The notes below the pieces were generated by a model. The model made no database searches, had not been told where the DNA came from, and was given only the letters and a program-made list of their open reading frames with translations. A stretch of DNA of 64,000 nucleotides from Squalus acanthias (Eukaryota), in the NCBI GenBank assembly GCA_030390025.1, contig CM059432.1:49044001-49108000 (forward strand). The letters are read 5' to 3'. The translations under genes were made by a program, and so were the position numbers. This document shows, piece by piece, positions 1 through 12,219 of this stretch (the stretch's first letter is position 1; every line of letters begins with the position of its first letter).

Positions 1-938
1 TGCTCAAAGAGAAGAAAACGTTATCCCTTCTCCTGGTGTAGAGAGCCTCAATGACCTCCCGGATGCAGCAATGGACGGCGAACTGGGAGATGTTAGCTAC
101 GTCTCCTGCTGCAGACTGGAAGAAGAAATTGAGGCCCACGGTGACCTTGACTGCCACTGGGAGAGCCGTGGTCATCCTGCTCTGAGGCTGCAAGTCTGGT
201 TGCAGGAGGTGGCAGAGTTCTGTGACCACCTCCTTGGTGAAGCGTAGCCTCCTAATACACTGCTCCTCGCTTAAATGGATACAACAGAAGTGCTCTTGGA
301 AGACCCTAGGTGGGTAAGGCCTCCTATTTAGAGCCCTCCTGGCACTCCTCTTCCTCCCTCTGTGAGCATCTTCTCGTCTTCTTCGCTCACTCTACCGAAG
401 ATCCTGGAACACAAGGTTGACTGCCAGTACCGCATGACTGAGCAAGTGTTGTGAGCAAAGGCCCTTAAAAAATAATGAAAGTGTTCTCCACTTGCAACAA
501 TATTCCCTGTTACTTTAGAATCTTGAAAGAAGTTAATAAAGCAGGTGGAGTTGCAGAAAGTAGCACAGAGCCAGTCAAACTGCACAAACATGTCATGTGC
601 AAGTGATTGCTAATGATCCCTTTAAATATCACTGCTTGAGCGTCCTTCCTGCTTCTCAACACTTGCTCAGCTCGTCGCTGTTAAGGCATGCTGGTAAGTG
701 GAGCAGCGAAATCCAATGTAACAGTTTGGGCGTTAGGTGAGCGTTGCCCACTCACTGACGTCACGATCTGCTTAATTTCAATCATTTCCAGGATCGCTGC
801 TATTGGCAGTGCTGCTGGCCATCCCAAAATGGCGGCTGCCGCGGGACCCGCTGCCAGCTGGTGGAAGAGTGGCGGCCACCATTTTTTCACCCGATTATGG
901 CGCTAACAGGTGGCGTTAAAATACCCAATTTCTAGGCC
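1..938 (-). mobile_element. Harbinger transposon, right end with decayed transposase 5' part
   Basis: The minus strand shows [18 protein letters not shown] remnants. The segment is homologous to about 58680-59390 and ends in TIR AATTTCTAGGCC at 938. Confidence 0.8.
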
Positions 939-1190
939 AATGAGTCTAATAAGTATATTTTCCAGGATAACATCTATAATTTGCTTTATTTAAAAATAAT
1001 GCAAATAAAAAACAGATGGAAGCTTTGCCCTTACAACACCAATAGGGAATCCCACTTTAGATTGCAACCCACTGTATTCGGGCCCCAACCTATTTCCCAG
1101 CCAGTTTACCAGACTCCCAACAGAATTACGGTGGAAGTCCATTAAAATGGATGCATAAATTCTGCCTCAATTATTTTGGTTGCAGTCAAA

Positions 1191-2926
1191 GGCCTAGAAA
1201 TTGCCTCAGATGGTAAAGGAAGACCTTTGAGAAGACAGAAAATGCTGGAAATACTGAGCAGTGGAGAGAGAAACAGAGTTCACGTCTCAGGTCGAGATAT
1301 TGCCTGGCCTGCTGAGTATTTCCAGCACTTTATGCTGTCATTCCAGATTTACAGCATCTACTCGCAAAGGGAAGAGGAAGACGCAGAAGAGGAAGATGCA
1401 GAAGAGGAGGAAGCAGAAGGAAGGATGCAATCCAGACAGCCCCTTTCTGGCCGGGATATCTGGGATGGAATCATCCGCCTGCAGTACCAGTGAGCACAAC
1501 CCCAATTCCCATTTCAATATTACTCGCACACCTTACCTTCCCTCTGTTACTGACCATCACAGCATCCTCTTAGCCACAATGCTGAAATAAAAGCCACCAA
1601 AAAGCAAACTTTCCAATCCAACTTTATACATCTATCCATGCAATATGACATCAAGAAATTAACTCATCACCCTTATGCATTCCCTTCGTGACTGTCTTGT
1701 GTGTGCCTTTGCCTATCCTACTGATGTCACACAGTGCTACCCCAGTGGCTGCAGCATGGCTGGTGGAAGGCTGCTGACTTTCAGTGGGGACACTGCAAAT
1801 GGCCTTGCTGGTCGACCTTGAGGAGCTGGTGGCTGGGACTGTGAAATCGAGTGGTGTTTATTCTTCTTGTTCTTTTTCTTCACTCTCCTCTTCCTCTTCT
1901 TGTTCAACCACTGGCTGGGCAGGCTGCATTTCTTGGTGTGTGAAATGAGGAAGGCACAAGGGTGGAGTTGTGGTGGGGAAGGGCGGGAAAGCAAGAGCTG
2001 CATGCGAGAAGAAGGATAACGTATGAGGATACCAGCATCTTGTATCCTTTCAGCCCCGCCACTGGCCAAGGGCTCAGCCATGGCTCTGCCAAGAATGGCC
2101 TGCACCATCTGCTCCAAGGGGGTGAGGTGAAGCTAGGATTGGGAAGCGTGCCTCGTGTTTGGTACAGATTGTTGGTAGGTGAGTGATTGGTGGGGGTGGG
2201 GTGGGGGCGGAGTCGTGCATTGAGAAGTTTGTGAGGCTAGTGGTGCAGTTGGATGGAGACAGCTTTTGAAGATGCATTCACTGACCTTAACCAGTGGTCT
2301 GAGGTCATGAAGCTTCTTTGGGCACTGGAGCCAGGTCCTGGGGGCGACACTTGCTGGCAGTGACAGCCTCGTTGATCTGGTCCCACATCGTTCTTTCTGG
2401 AGGGCCTCCTGGCCCCTGTGGGTAGAGGACCTCTCTTGCAGTGTTGGCCCCCTGCACAAAGCTGGAGTGCTGCGTGCGAGACCCTGGGTGCCCCTTCCCT
2501 GGCTTGCTGAGTCATTTGTGTTAGTGCTGAGGCACTTTTCCCATTTTGTTTAGGTGCAGAATGTCATTCACCTTTAAGAGCTGAAAACTCCCATTTGGGA
2601 ATTCTTTTTAATGTTAACTTTTTTTCAGAAGGCAGTTGAGCTGTAAGGGCTAAAAACTGCATATTTTTATATTTCAGAAGGCATTGCCCTTTTATGAAAA
2701 CGACAATGCTTTCTGAAATCACAGCTTTGCTTTCAGAGCAGGCTGTTCTAGCAGCAACGCCACACTGGAGCCTGTTGCCAGGACCAACGCCTCCAAGACA
2801 GCGTTCCACGGTGAGTTAAGCGCTGGGTTAATGATAATTAGTCCCCAGTGCCAATTGTTCATTCCTGCCAGCGCAACCATTTTCATGGCACCGGCAGCTT
2901 TTGTGGCTGCCACGAATTTCTAGGCC
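1191..2926. mobile_element. Non-autonomous Harbinger-type element
   Basis: TIRs GGCCTAGAAATT...AATTTCTAGGCC with AAA on both sides as a 3-bp TSD. It contains decayed Harbinger-like internal sequence and a nested Penelope-terminus fragment at about 1231-1360. Confidence 0.7.
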
Positions 2927-3079
2927 AAATTTGTATTAAAAATTCCACAGGCAATATATAGTCATGACACTACTGTGGAATATTGATATTTCGTTGGTTA
3001 CAGCAGCAAGGGAACCACTGTGATCCATGGGGTATTTGATTGTCTGTCTATACTTATTCCTTTAATTTTATTTTAACTT

Positions 3080-3420
3080 CAGTGCAGTGCTGAGGTAGTA
3101 CTGAACTGTCAGAATTGCTGCCTTTTGGAAAAGACATTAAACCAAATCTGCCTGCTCAGGAGAACGTAAAAGATCTCATGGCACTCTTTGAAGAGTAATG
3201 ACGTTCTCCTAGTGCCCTGGCCAACAACATTTATCCCTTAACAAGCACCACTGAAAAACAGATTCTTGGTCATTTATCTCATGGCTGTTTGTGGGACCTT
3301 GCTGTGCACAAAGTGACTGCTGCATTTGTCTACATTACAACAGTGACTACACTTCAAAAGTAATTCATTGGTTGTGAAGCGCTTTGGGATGTGCTGAGGA
3401 CATGGAAGGTGCTATATAAC
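3080..3420 (+). mobile_element. DeuSINE (SacSINE1-like) SINE
   Basis: Deu-domain-like ...GTTTGTGGGACCTTGCTGTGCACAAA...TACATTACAACAGTGACTACACTTCAAAAG... with tail AAGGTGCTATATAA. Homologous to 32090-32402. Confidence 0.75.
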
Positions 3421-4079
3421 CTTCAGTCGTCTTCCTAACCAAATATTTAACCAGTTCTTTTTTGAAAGGATTAATTTACACAGCATTAATTTCTTTTGGT
3501 GGGAGTCCTTGCCACATAACCACTACCTCATTCTCCAGACTATACTGGATGAAAAAAACAGCAATGGTTTCCCCAATCCCCACCATGCCTGGTGCAATAT
3601 CAGAAGCTCCTGGTTCACAATACGTGATAGAAAATTATGGGGAGATTTTTCACTTCCAAGATCTTAGCACATAGAGGCTGAAAATGTCCCCTTTTGTTTG
3701 GGAATAGACTATTTAAGTATATTATTTGGGAAGAAACAGACAGATCCATCTTCTAAACTGACCACTCCAGTTGTCAGTGAACTTTTTAACCATACCAATG
3801 TAGAACAATGAGCTATAGGCATTGCCTGCATTTATGACTTACTGACCTCTACCTGTTATTCCATTTCAGTGACAAACTAATTTATTAACAGAGACATTGC
3901 TTTCAGTCTCTCTCGGATACAAAATGAAAACAAAAATGATGTTGAACATGTACATTTTGGCTAATAACTGATGAATGTCAGGATTAATTTATGATGCGGA
4001 GATGCCGGTGTTGGACTGGGGTGGACAAAATTGAGAGGTCGCACAACACCAGGTTATAGTCCAACAGTTTTATTTTAAA

Positions 4080-4117
4080 TCCCAAGCTTTCGGAGTTACA
4101 ACTCCTTCGTCGGGTGA
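4080..4117 (-). ncRNA. Hammerhead ribozyme motif, left arm of Penelope family A
   Basis: Reverse complement of 6192-6229 with one stem I mismatch. Confidence 0.55.
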
Positions 4118-4517
4118 AGTGAGGAGATACAGAATCGTCAAAGCATATATAGATACAGAACAATGCATGTGTAACTTACAATTGCAGACAACTAAATTCA
4201 ATCATCCTGACTGTTTATCTGCCGAGGTGTGATAAAGTTAATCAGGTCAGCCAGGAAGGTACCACATCAAAGACATAGCAAGATACAACTGAGACAATGA
4301 AGTGGAGTCGCATGGGGTCTAACGTGTCAAAAGCTGCCGTCTGTATGTAAAACGATTAACTTTAAAATTTTTACTTTTTTACTGGGAATCACATCTGTCG
4401 AGGGCATTCTGAAACCCATCGTACAGGGAACCCCCCAGCTTCTGTCGCGACACTACAGACTTCTTACAGAAACTCAGCACCCAAGGACCAGTTGAACCAG
4501 GAACACTCCTCGCCACG

Positions 4518-5888
4518 ATGGACGTATCGGCACTCTACACCAGTATCCCCCACGATGACGGCATCGCTGCGACAGCCTCAGTACTCAACACCAACAACAG
4601 CCAATCTCCAGACGCCATCCTACAACTCATCCGCTTCATCCTTGACCACAATGTCTTCACCTTCGACAACCATTTTTTTACCCAAACACACGGAACAGCC
4701 ATGGGGACCAAATTCGCACCCCAATACGCCAACATCTTCATGCACAAGTTCGAGCAAGACTTCTTCACTGCACAGGACCTCCAGCCAACGCTGTACACCA
4801 GATACATCGACGACATTTTCTTCCTTTGGACCCATGGCGAAGGATCACTGAAAAGACTACACGATAACATAAACAAGTTCCATCCCACCATCAAACTCAC
4901 CATGGACTACTCCTCAGAATCGGTTTCATTCCTGGACACACGAATCTCCATCAAAGACGGACACCTCAGCACTTCACTCTACCGTAAGCCCACGGACAAC
5001 CTCACGATGCTCCACTTCTCCAGCTTCCACCCTAACCACGTTAAAGAAGCCATCCCCTATGGACAAGCCCTGCGAATACACAGGATCTGCTCAGACGAGG
5101 AGGAACGCGATGGACACCTACGGACGCTGAAAAACGCCCTCGTAAGAACGGGATATGACGCTCGACTCATCGATCGACAGTTCCGACGGGCCACAGCGAA
5201 AAATCGCATAGACCTCCTCAGAAGGCAAACACGGGACACAACCAACAGGGAACCCTACGTCGTCCAGTACTTCCCCGGAGCGGAGAAACTACGCCATGTT
5301 CTTCGCAGCCTTCAACATGTCATCGATGACGACAAACACCTCGCTAAGGCCATCCCCACGCCTCCACTACTTGCCTTCAAACAGCCGCCTAACCTCAGAA
5401 GTACCATCGTTCGCAGCAAATTACCCAGCTTTCAGGATAACAGCGACCACGACACCACACAACCCTGCCACGGCAAACTCTGCAAGACATGCCAGATCAT
5501 CAACACAGATACCATCATCACACGTGAGGACACTACCCACCAGGTACATGGTACATACTCATGTGACTCAGCCAACGTTGTCTACCTCATACGTTGCAGG
5601 AAAGAATGCACCGCGGCATGGTACATCGGCGAGACCATGCAGACACTGAGACAACGTATGAACGAGCACCGCGCAACAATCGCCAGGCAGGATTGTTACC
5701 TCCCAGTCGGGGAACACTTCAGCAGTCAAGGACATTCAGCCTCGGATCTGCGGATAAGCGTTCTCCAAGGCGGCCTTAGGAAAACACGACAACGCAAAAT
5801 CATCGAGCAGAAACTGATAGCCAAGTTCCGCACTCATGAAGACGGTCTCAATCGGGATCTTGGGTTTATATCACGATACATGACGTGA
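4518..5888 (+). CDS. Penelope-like reverse transcriptase plus GIY-YIG endonuclease (5'-truncated; Neptune-like Cys-rich linker)
   Basis: Motifs MDVSALYTSIP, GTAMGTKFAPQYAN, RYIDDIF, linker PCHGKLCKTC, and VVYLIRC...WYIGET...RMNEH. Homology runs upstream to about 4397 (VEGILKP...) across a one-base frameshift in the C-run at 4431-4436. Confidence 0.9.
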   Translation: MDVSALYTSIPHDDGIAATASVLNTNNSQSPDAILQLIRFILDHNVFTFDNHFFTQTHGTAMGTKFAPQYANIFMHKFEQDFFTAQDLQPTLYTRYIDDIFFLWTHGEGSLKRLHDNINKFHPTIKLTMDYSSESVSFLDTRISIKDGHLSTSLYRKPTDNLTMLHFSSFHPNHVKEAIPYGQALRIHRICSDEEERDGHLRTLKNALVRTGYDARLIDRQFRRATAKNRIDLLRRQTRDTTNREPYVVQYFPGAEKLRHVLRSLQHVIDDDKHLAKAIPTPPLLAFKQPPNLRSTIVRSKLPSFQDNSDHDTTQPCHGKLCKTCQIINTDTIITREDTTHQVHGTYSCDSANVVYLIRCRKECTAAWYIGETMQTLRQRMNEHRATIARQDCYLPVGEHFSSQGHSASDLRISVLQGGLRKTRQRKIIEQKLIAKFRTHEDGLNRDLGFISRYMT

Positions 5889-6191
5889 TCCGGACTCGAG
5901 TCGTCGTTGGCTTGTTCACAGATGTGATTCCCAGTAAAAAAGTAAAAAGTTAATCGTTTTACATACAGACGGCAGCTTTTGACACGTTAGACCCCATGCG
6001 ACTCCACTTCATTGTCTCAGTTGTATCTTGCTATGTCTTTGATGTGGTACCTTCCTGGCTGACCTGATTAACTTTATCACACCTCGGCAGATAAACAGTC
6101 AGGATGATTGAATTTAGTTGTCTGCAATTGTAAGTTACACATGCATTGTTCTGTATCTATATATGCTTTGACGATTCTGTATCTCCTCACT

Positions 6192-6229
6192 TCACCCGAC
6201 GAAGGAGTTGTAACTCCGAAAGCTTGTGA
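6192..6229 (+). ncRNA. Minimal hammerhead ribozyme motif (U4C core variant)
   Basis: TCAC-CCGACGA-A-GGAGTT(GT)AACTCC-GAAA-GCTT-GTGA: stem I TCAC/GTGA, stem II GGAGTT/AACTCC, palindromic AAGCTT in place of stem III. Confidence 0.65.
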
Positions 6230-9200
6230 TTTAAAATAAAACTGTTGGACTATAACCTGGTGTTGTGCGACCTCAGGATTAATTTAGGCAGTTGGCAGCA
6301 CACTATGTCCAGACTGATTATTGTGAGTGTTAGTCATCGAGTTGGACTTGCTTACACTGATGATCGCTATTATTATTTGTCCTGTAGTCTACAGCTTAGT
6401 CACCAACAATTAAATGGCAGTGATTCAAGTACAAGTAACAATGTCATTGGACCCCGATCTGCATATTTAAAATAGGCCCACATCAGTTTCAGGCGAGCGT
6501 CCTGGCTGCCTGCTCAGAAGAGCAAGTTAAAATAGAAGAAAGTGGGAACAGAGTGGGACGTCGGTTGGTAAGTTTCCTGGGCAATTTTAACTGCCCATCC
6601 ACCCGGTTTCCACTGGCCAGCAGGGTTAGAATTGCTATTGAATGGTACAAATGCTGCCAATGCAAATTTTCTACCTTGTAGCTTGGCTTCTGCAGTCCAG
6701 TGGTTCTGGTGCTTGTTCATGCTACTTGTTGTTTGCAGTGGAGTCACTCCAAGTTGAAGGGGGATGTACCCCATCAGCAAACTCACTGGAGTGGCCTAAC
6801 AGAGAGGGAGCATCGACTTGAGAGTCTCCAGGTAAGTAAAAAAAATTGAAATTTTTAAGTACATCAAAAAAAGATTCAAGATTATAATTTTCTTCCATAA
6901 AAAGGGAACTACTTTGAAAATATGTTCATACAATCATCTGTGCATTGATACTGTTGCAGGATTGCCATCATGACGAGGTGATATAACCATGTCAGTACAA
7001 CTGCGGTGATGTTCTATATACCATACTCATGTCAATGCTCTTATTGTAGCAACAGCATGGAAGTGTCAGTGGGCCTGTATATCTTATGCTAAGGGCTGTA
7101 ACAGAAGGATGTTTTTAATTAGACCTCTATTCAATACACCTGCAGCTTCCTCCTCTGTTGATCCTGCCAAAGTTAGTGGGGTCGGAGGCAATCACATTAT
7201 TTGTATTGTAATGGCAGCCACCCACATGACTAGGGGTTCATCTTTGGTGTCTGTCTACTAAAGGTGCCACAAAACTTGCTTGGAATAGTGTTGAGACCTC
7301 CTCTCAAGGAAAACTGCCCCCATCGGTCCCCTTTGTAAGGGGTCTGCATTTAAATAATAAAAAATTGCACTTACTTTTTCTTCGTGGTCCGGGCCACAAT
7401 CCAGGCATGGACCCCCAGCTGGGCCCCCACTGGCCTTGTTTGGCAGGTACCACCACTAATCCCGTGCCAGGTGACTCTAAGAGACAGGGCATTGGTCATC
7501 CCCAGCTTCTGCTCCAGACCCTCCTCCTCCATTGGCCTTGTAAAGAGCAAGCTCTGCCCCTTCCAAGACCCGCAAAATCCCTGGCGTAAGGCGAGGACCC
7601 AGCATATCCAAGTGCCAACCTAATTTCCAGCCCTTACGGCACACTCCCGCTGGAATTATGGCAGACGCGCACCAGAAGGGCTGCAGATATCCCCCCACCC
7701 CACCCCCCATGATGACCAAATTACCTCCTTCTATGCTGTAAACCTCCATGGTTCTCCTGTTTTTTTCTGCTTTGAGTAGTGGCTACAGGGAGGGGTGATT
7801 TTCCACCGAGGTTCTCCCGATCATCCACAGTAACTTTGGCAGAAGAGCAAAGGAAACACCAGGAAAACTGCATAAATTGCGTTATTTTCTCAGGGCTCTT
7901 CAATCGAAGTTATGGTGGACAATCGGGAGAACTCCCACCGAAGTTCGCCGCCATAAACATTTCTGACTTGTTCAGACAACTTAAATGCCATGAAGTGTAA
8001 AGAAGGCTGTTGGTCTAAGATGTACTTGGTAGGAAGTAAGATTAGTTCTTACTTGTTCTTTTTGTTAACATTAGATAGATATTCAGGAGTTTTGCGTGAC
8101 AACACTTGCCAGACTTTTCCTCAGGCAGAGAATATTGTACAAGATTCTGGAGAAAGAAGAGCACAATGCCTCAAACGATCCTTTCTTGTTCTGTGTTTTC
8201 TTATGCTTTCATATGAAACAAATGTGAGAATCGGAATGATGTTTAAAAAAGTGGGAACTCTAGTGCAATCTTTGCATTATAAAAGTACAGTTATGCCAGT
8301 TAACATTCCGTTCGTTGTAAATTCAGAGAAGAATTTTGAGAATAACTGATTTCCAAGACAAGGAAAAGAATGACTTTTAAAATGACTATTCTCATCTCTG
8401 GAAAAATTGACCAAGAAAGCAATCACCTACATGGCTGGCTAATCTGGCTGCCTTAAACAATATCTAGGGACTGTCAAGAAATGTAACATACAATGGTCCA
8501 ATACAAAGTTTCATTTAAATTCTATTCGCAGGTTAGACTGTGTTGAAAAATCGTTTCAAACACAACTGGCTAAAGCAGTTATTGACTGCTGTGTGAGTGA
8601 GTGGAATTCTATTCAAAGCTTGTTCAGACAATGTGGATGATACTATCAAATAAAAAGAACCATTCTAATGTTACAAGCCATATATTGCATGTGTTCAGTT
8701 TATTAAATAACAGTTGTTCAGTCCTGTGACTTTAAACTGGCCAAACTGATCAGAAAAGAAGTGTTTAAGGAAACTTCCAGGGATTTATTTGAGTCACGCA
8801 TTTGGTTACTTTATGTAACTACATGGCAGTTAATCACCGGAAATATTTTTTCCAATGTTTCACAACAAAAAAGGAATACATTTTCAACTTAACGCTACCA
8901 GTTGGGAGCCTTACCCGCTGGAAGCTCGTACCAGAGGCTTGAACGCGTGCTGCACACGATTTTCCAAGCATTCATTTAAATCCAGGAGGGTTGGTAACCC
9001 TATGCACAGCACTTGCCTCAAATCCCACTCGATGTGCTACTGGCAGGAGAGGCTCCCCAGCAGAAATGTGCAGTCAGATAATTACTCTAAAATGTAAACA
9101 CTGGAATTGATGTCTGTATTTCATAACTGTGAACAAAACTGTGCTGTGTATTTGTGTGCTATCTTTATTTTGGGAGGAGGGACATGAGATTGCCAAATTT

Positions 9201-10150
9201 CATCTTTCATCATCTGCTAATTCTCACTGGCTGGCTCTCTCGGATTTTTAAATGAGCTTATAGGTTTTAAGTCATTTACCTGACGGTTTGCACATTGAAG
9301 TGTACTTATATGTACAGCTCTGACTTGGTTTCCTTGTAGCCTCTATGTTCTAATTGACAAACTCCTTGCTGTTGTCAAAAATGAAACAGGGGTGGGGGTT
9401 AAAGCAGCATAAGGGTCTGTCCGATACTTTGTTGCCAGGGATGCACTGCTCTCGCACAGTGTTTCACATTTCTTTCATTCATAAAAAAGAACCTTTGCAT
9501 GAGGCACAGCCAGGGGGAGCATGGTGATGTATTTTGCTTAGTACTGAATTTACAGGAGCAGCAATCCTCCCTTGATAATTCAGTTGGAAAGTGTAGGAGT
9601 GAGCCATACAGATGAGGATCTATCATTTATGCGATGTTCGCTGATCTCAGTTGAGACTGGTTGTGGTGGTACAGTCAGGCGGCAGATCTGACAGGTATAG
9701 TCAAGAACCCCTGCGGAAATTCGGCCCGGTACGTCAGTGTGCATGTGATCATATTTCCCTACGGAAGACCGATAAATCCTCCCACAACATGGCTATAAAA
9801 TACAACTGCAGATCCACCAATAGACTATCTGGAAATCAGATATGAATCTCCATGCTTGAATGAGATGTACACTAGATCACCATGTATCAGGGAAAAAAAA
9901 GGGTCTTTAGATCTAAAACATCAGTTGACTGACTTCTGTTTCTCCACAGATGCTACCTGACCTTTAGTATTTCCAGCTTTTCCTATTTTGTTACCAGTAA
10001 CAGATTGCTCAGGAATCGGACCCGGAATTCCGTGTATAAATGGGATATGCACCAGATCAGCATGAATTGGATACAGACTACTTGGGAATTAGACAAGGGC
10101 CCCCACATACGGGTGCAATGTACACTAGATCAGATACAGACTACCTGGGA

Positions 10151-10252
10151 TAAAAACAGAAAATGCTGGAAATACTCAGGAAATCAGGCAGCATCTGTGG
10201 AGCGAGAAACAGAGTTAACGTTTCAGGACGATGGCCTTTTGCCAGAACTCAT
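10151..10252 (-). mobile_element. 102-bp solo Penelope (family B) terminus
   Basis: Matches the ends of the 19114-22886 element. Flanked by CAGACTACCTGGGA at 10137-10150 and 10253-10266. Confidence 0.8.
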
Positions 10253-10996
10253 CAGACTACCTGGGAATCAGGTTCCTTCCATTGCCAGGCACTTAAAACA
10301 AATATTTATTTTTAAAAATATATAATAAGTTCTTATCTATGCTGCTGTCCCTTCAGCCACAGATTACATGAATTATTCACCAACACCAGATTACTAGGAA
10401 AGCTTATGGCAAGAAAGGTAAAATAGCAACTAAGAGTGTTTCTTTCTGCATGGGTGTCACAATTGTTTAAAAATGGAGACGCTGAACTTAAAGGAACTAA
10501 CAATTCGATCCCGGCTACAATGCTCCAGGACCATGGATGTTCAAGTGCTTGGCTGCGTCTGAGCCTGAATGAGCTGACCTCATCCCACAATGAGGGGCAT
10601 AATTACCTGAATATTTTAGTGGTGCTCCTGGAACATAGCGCAAGTTCCATGGAAGTGCCAGGAAGGTCGGGAAATGGAATGTTGGGCGCCAACAGGCAGT
10701 GAAAGGCTGCAGGTTGTCTCTACAGCACCACCATTTTCTTATCTTGGCCCCTTCCAGGGACTTACGTTGAAGGACAAAAGCAACAATGGTGGCAAAAATG
10801 GGTGGTCCTATTTTGGGGAGAGGGCAACCCAGCAGCGATATTTCTCCCATTCCCACTTGACTCCTCCCACAGACATTATGGGAGGTCCCCAACTTAAATA
10901 AATAGTGGGTCTTTAATGAGCTTCCTGTGTATTTTGTGTGTAGTTTGCCAGCATGCAACACATTGGTCGGCCAAACTGAGGTTCTCTGAACCCATA

Positions 10997-11103
10997 AAAA
11001 GACTTGCATTTATATAGTGCCTTTCATGACCACCGGACGTCTCAAAGCACTTTACAGCCAATGAAGTACTTTTGGAGTGTTGTCACTGTTGTAATGTAGG
11101 AAT
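10997..11103 (-). mobile_element. DeuSINE 3' fragment
   Basis: AAAGACTTGCATTTATATAGTGCCTTTC...GTCACTGTTGTAATGTAGGAA is the reverse complement of the 3' end of the copies at 3080 and 32090. Confidence 0.75.
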
Positions 11104-11385
11104 GGTAGGCCATTGCTCACATGGTAGGCCTCAGATCTTCACACTTGATAATATGGGGCGCCAACCATCACAATTTGGCTCCAAAGGGCCAAATTTAGAT
11201 ATTTAGCAAAGGAACTCAAACTTACTAAATGCAGTTTGGCATTCATCCCTACCTGGCTATAGAGATTCAGCAAGGGCGAGAAAATAAGAATTTAAATATG
11301 GGATATAAAGAAAAATGGAAGACAAGGAAATAGAGTTTAATGAAAGGTACATGTTTTAACACATTTGTTTTACCACACACACAAT

Positions 11386-12196
11386 GGTCTCGATATAACC
11401 CCACCCAACCCCCCCTCGCACCACGACCATGATAGGTAGGAGAGGGTCGGGCTGGGGTTTAAAAATTTAAAAATGGGGATCGCATCCCCAAGCCACGTGT
11501 ACACGCCTGTCAACATTTTCATGGCGGCGGGTTTCGTGGCATAAGAGCGTCCCACCGTGGAGAGGCAGGACACTTCATTAACATATTTAAATCAGGCACC
11601 CATATTGCAATTGGGAGCCTGATTTAAATTTAACAGTTATCGTGCGGGTTTCCCAGGATTCGGGGAAACCCAGCAGTAAAAGGGGGGAGGGAGCTGCGGC
11701 TCAAGAAGGTAAATGCCTTTTCCAGCACTCCTTGTGGGCCAGAAAGAGCAGGAGTGCAGCCCCGGCTCCTCAAGGAAGCCTTTGGCCTCCCCTCTTCCGA
11801 GTGTGGTCTCTCTCTCTCCCTTGCCGTGATCGCAGACCTACCCCCAAGCACCGATTACCGCTCCATGCCCCGATCTCCAGCCTTCCCCCCCTTCCCGCGA
11901 TGGTCTCTCTCTTCTCCTGCCTCCCACAAGCCCCGATCTCTGGCCTTCACCCCCCCCACCGATTGCTGGGACCGTCCCCAAGGGTCCTCGGCTGTGGCCT
12001 CCTGCCGCTGGTTTTCCTGCCCGGCAGCCGGACAACCTGTCGATTTGGCATGCTGCCGGGTGGGAAACATAAGAAAAAAATTATAATGGGGTCCTCCAAT
12101 TCAATTCAGCAGGACCACCGTGTCCTTCACATATTCCACAGCCGTTTTTGCCCACCTCCCCCGCACCCTCCAAGCCTCCCCGTAAATATTGGGGCC
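11386..12196. mobile_element. Harbinger-type MITE
   Basis: Imperfect TIRs GGTCTCGATAT / ATATTGGGGCC with TSD AAT. Related, in opposite orientation, to 41882-42587. Confidence 0.65.
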
Positions 12197-12219
12197 AATG
12201 GTTCAATCCATTAATACAC

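Larger units (their letters stand above)
3992..6272 (+). mobile_element. Penelope-like retroelement (family A), 5'-truncated, with inverted terminal arms
   Basis: RT/GIY-YIG ORF between inverted arms 4035-4398 and 5918-6274. TSD TCAGGATTAATTTA at 3978-3991 and 6273-6286. Confidence 0.93.

Noticed and set aside
1176..1590. Glu-rich or Lys-rich ORFs
   Set aside because: They arise from a GAAGAG-type low-complexity tract and a Penelope fragment inside a Harbinger derivative.
8400..8850. Possible conserved non-coding element
   Set aside because: It looks non-repetitive, but conservation cannot be assessed without alignments.
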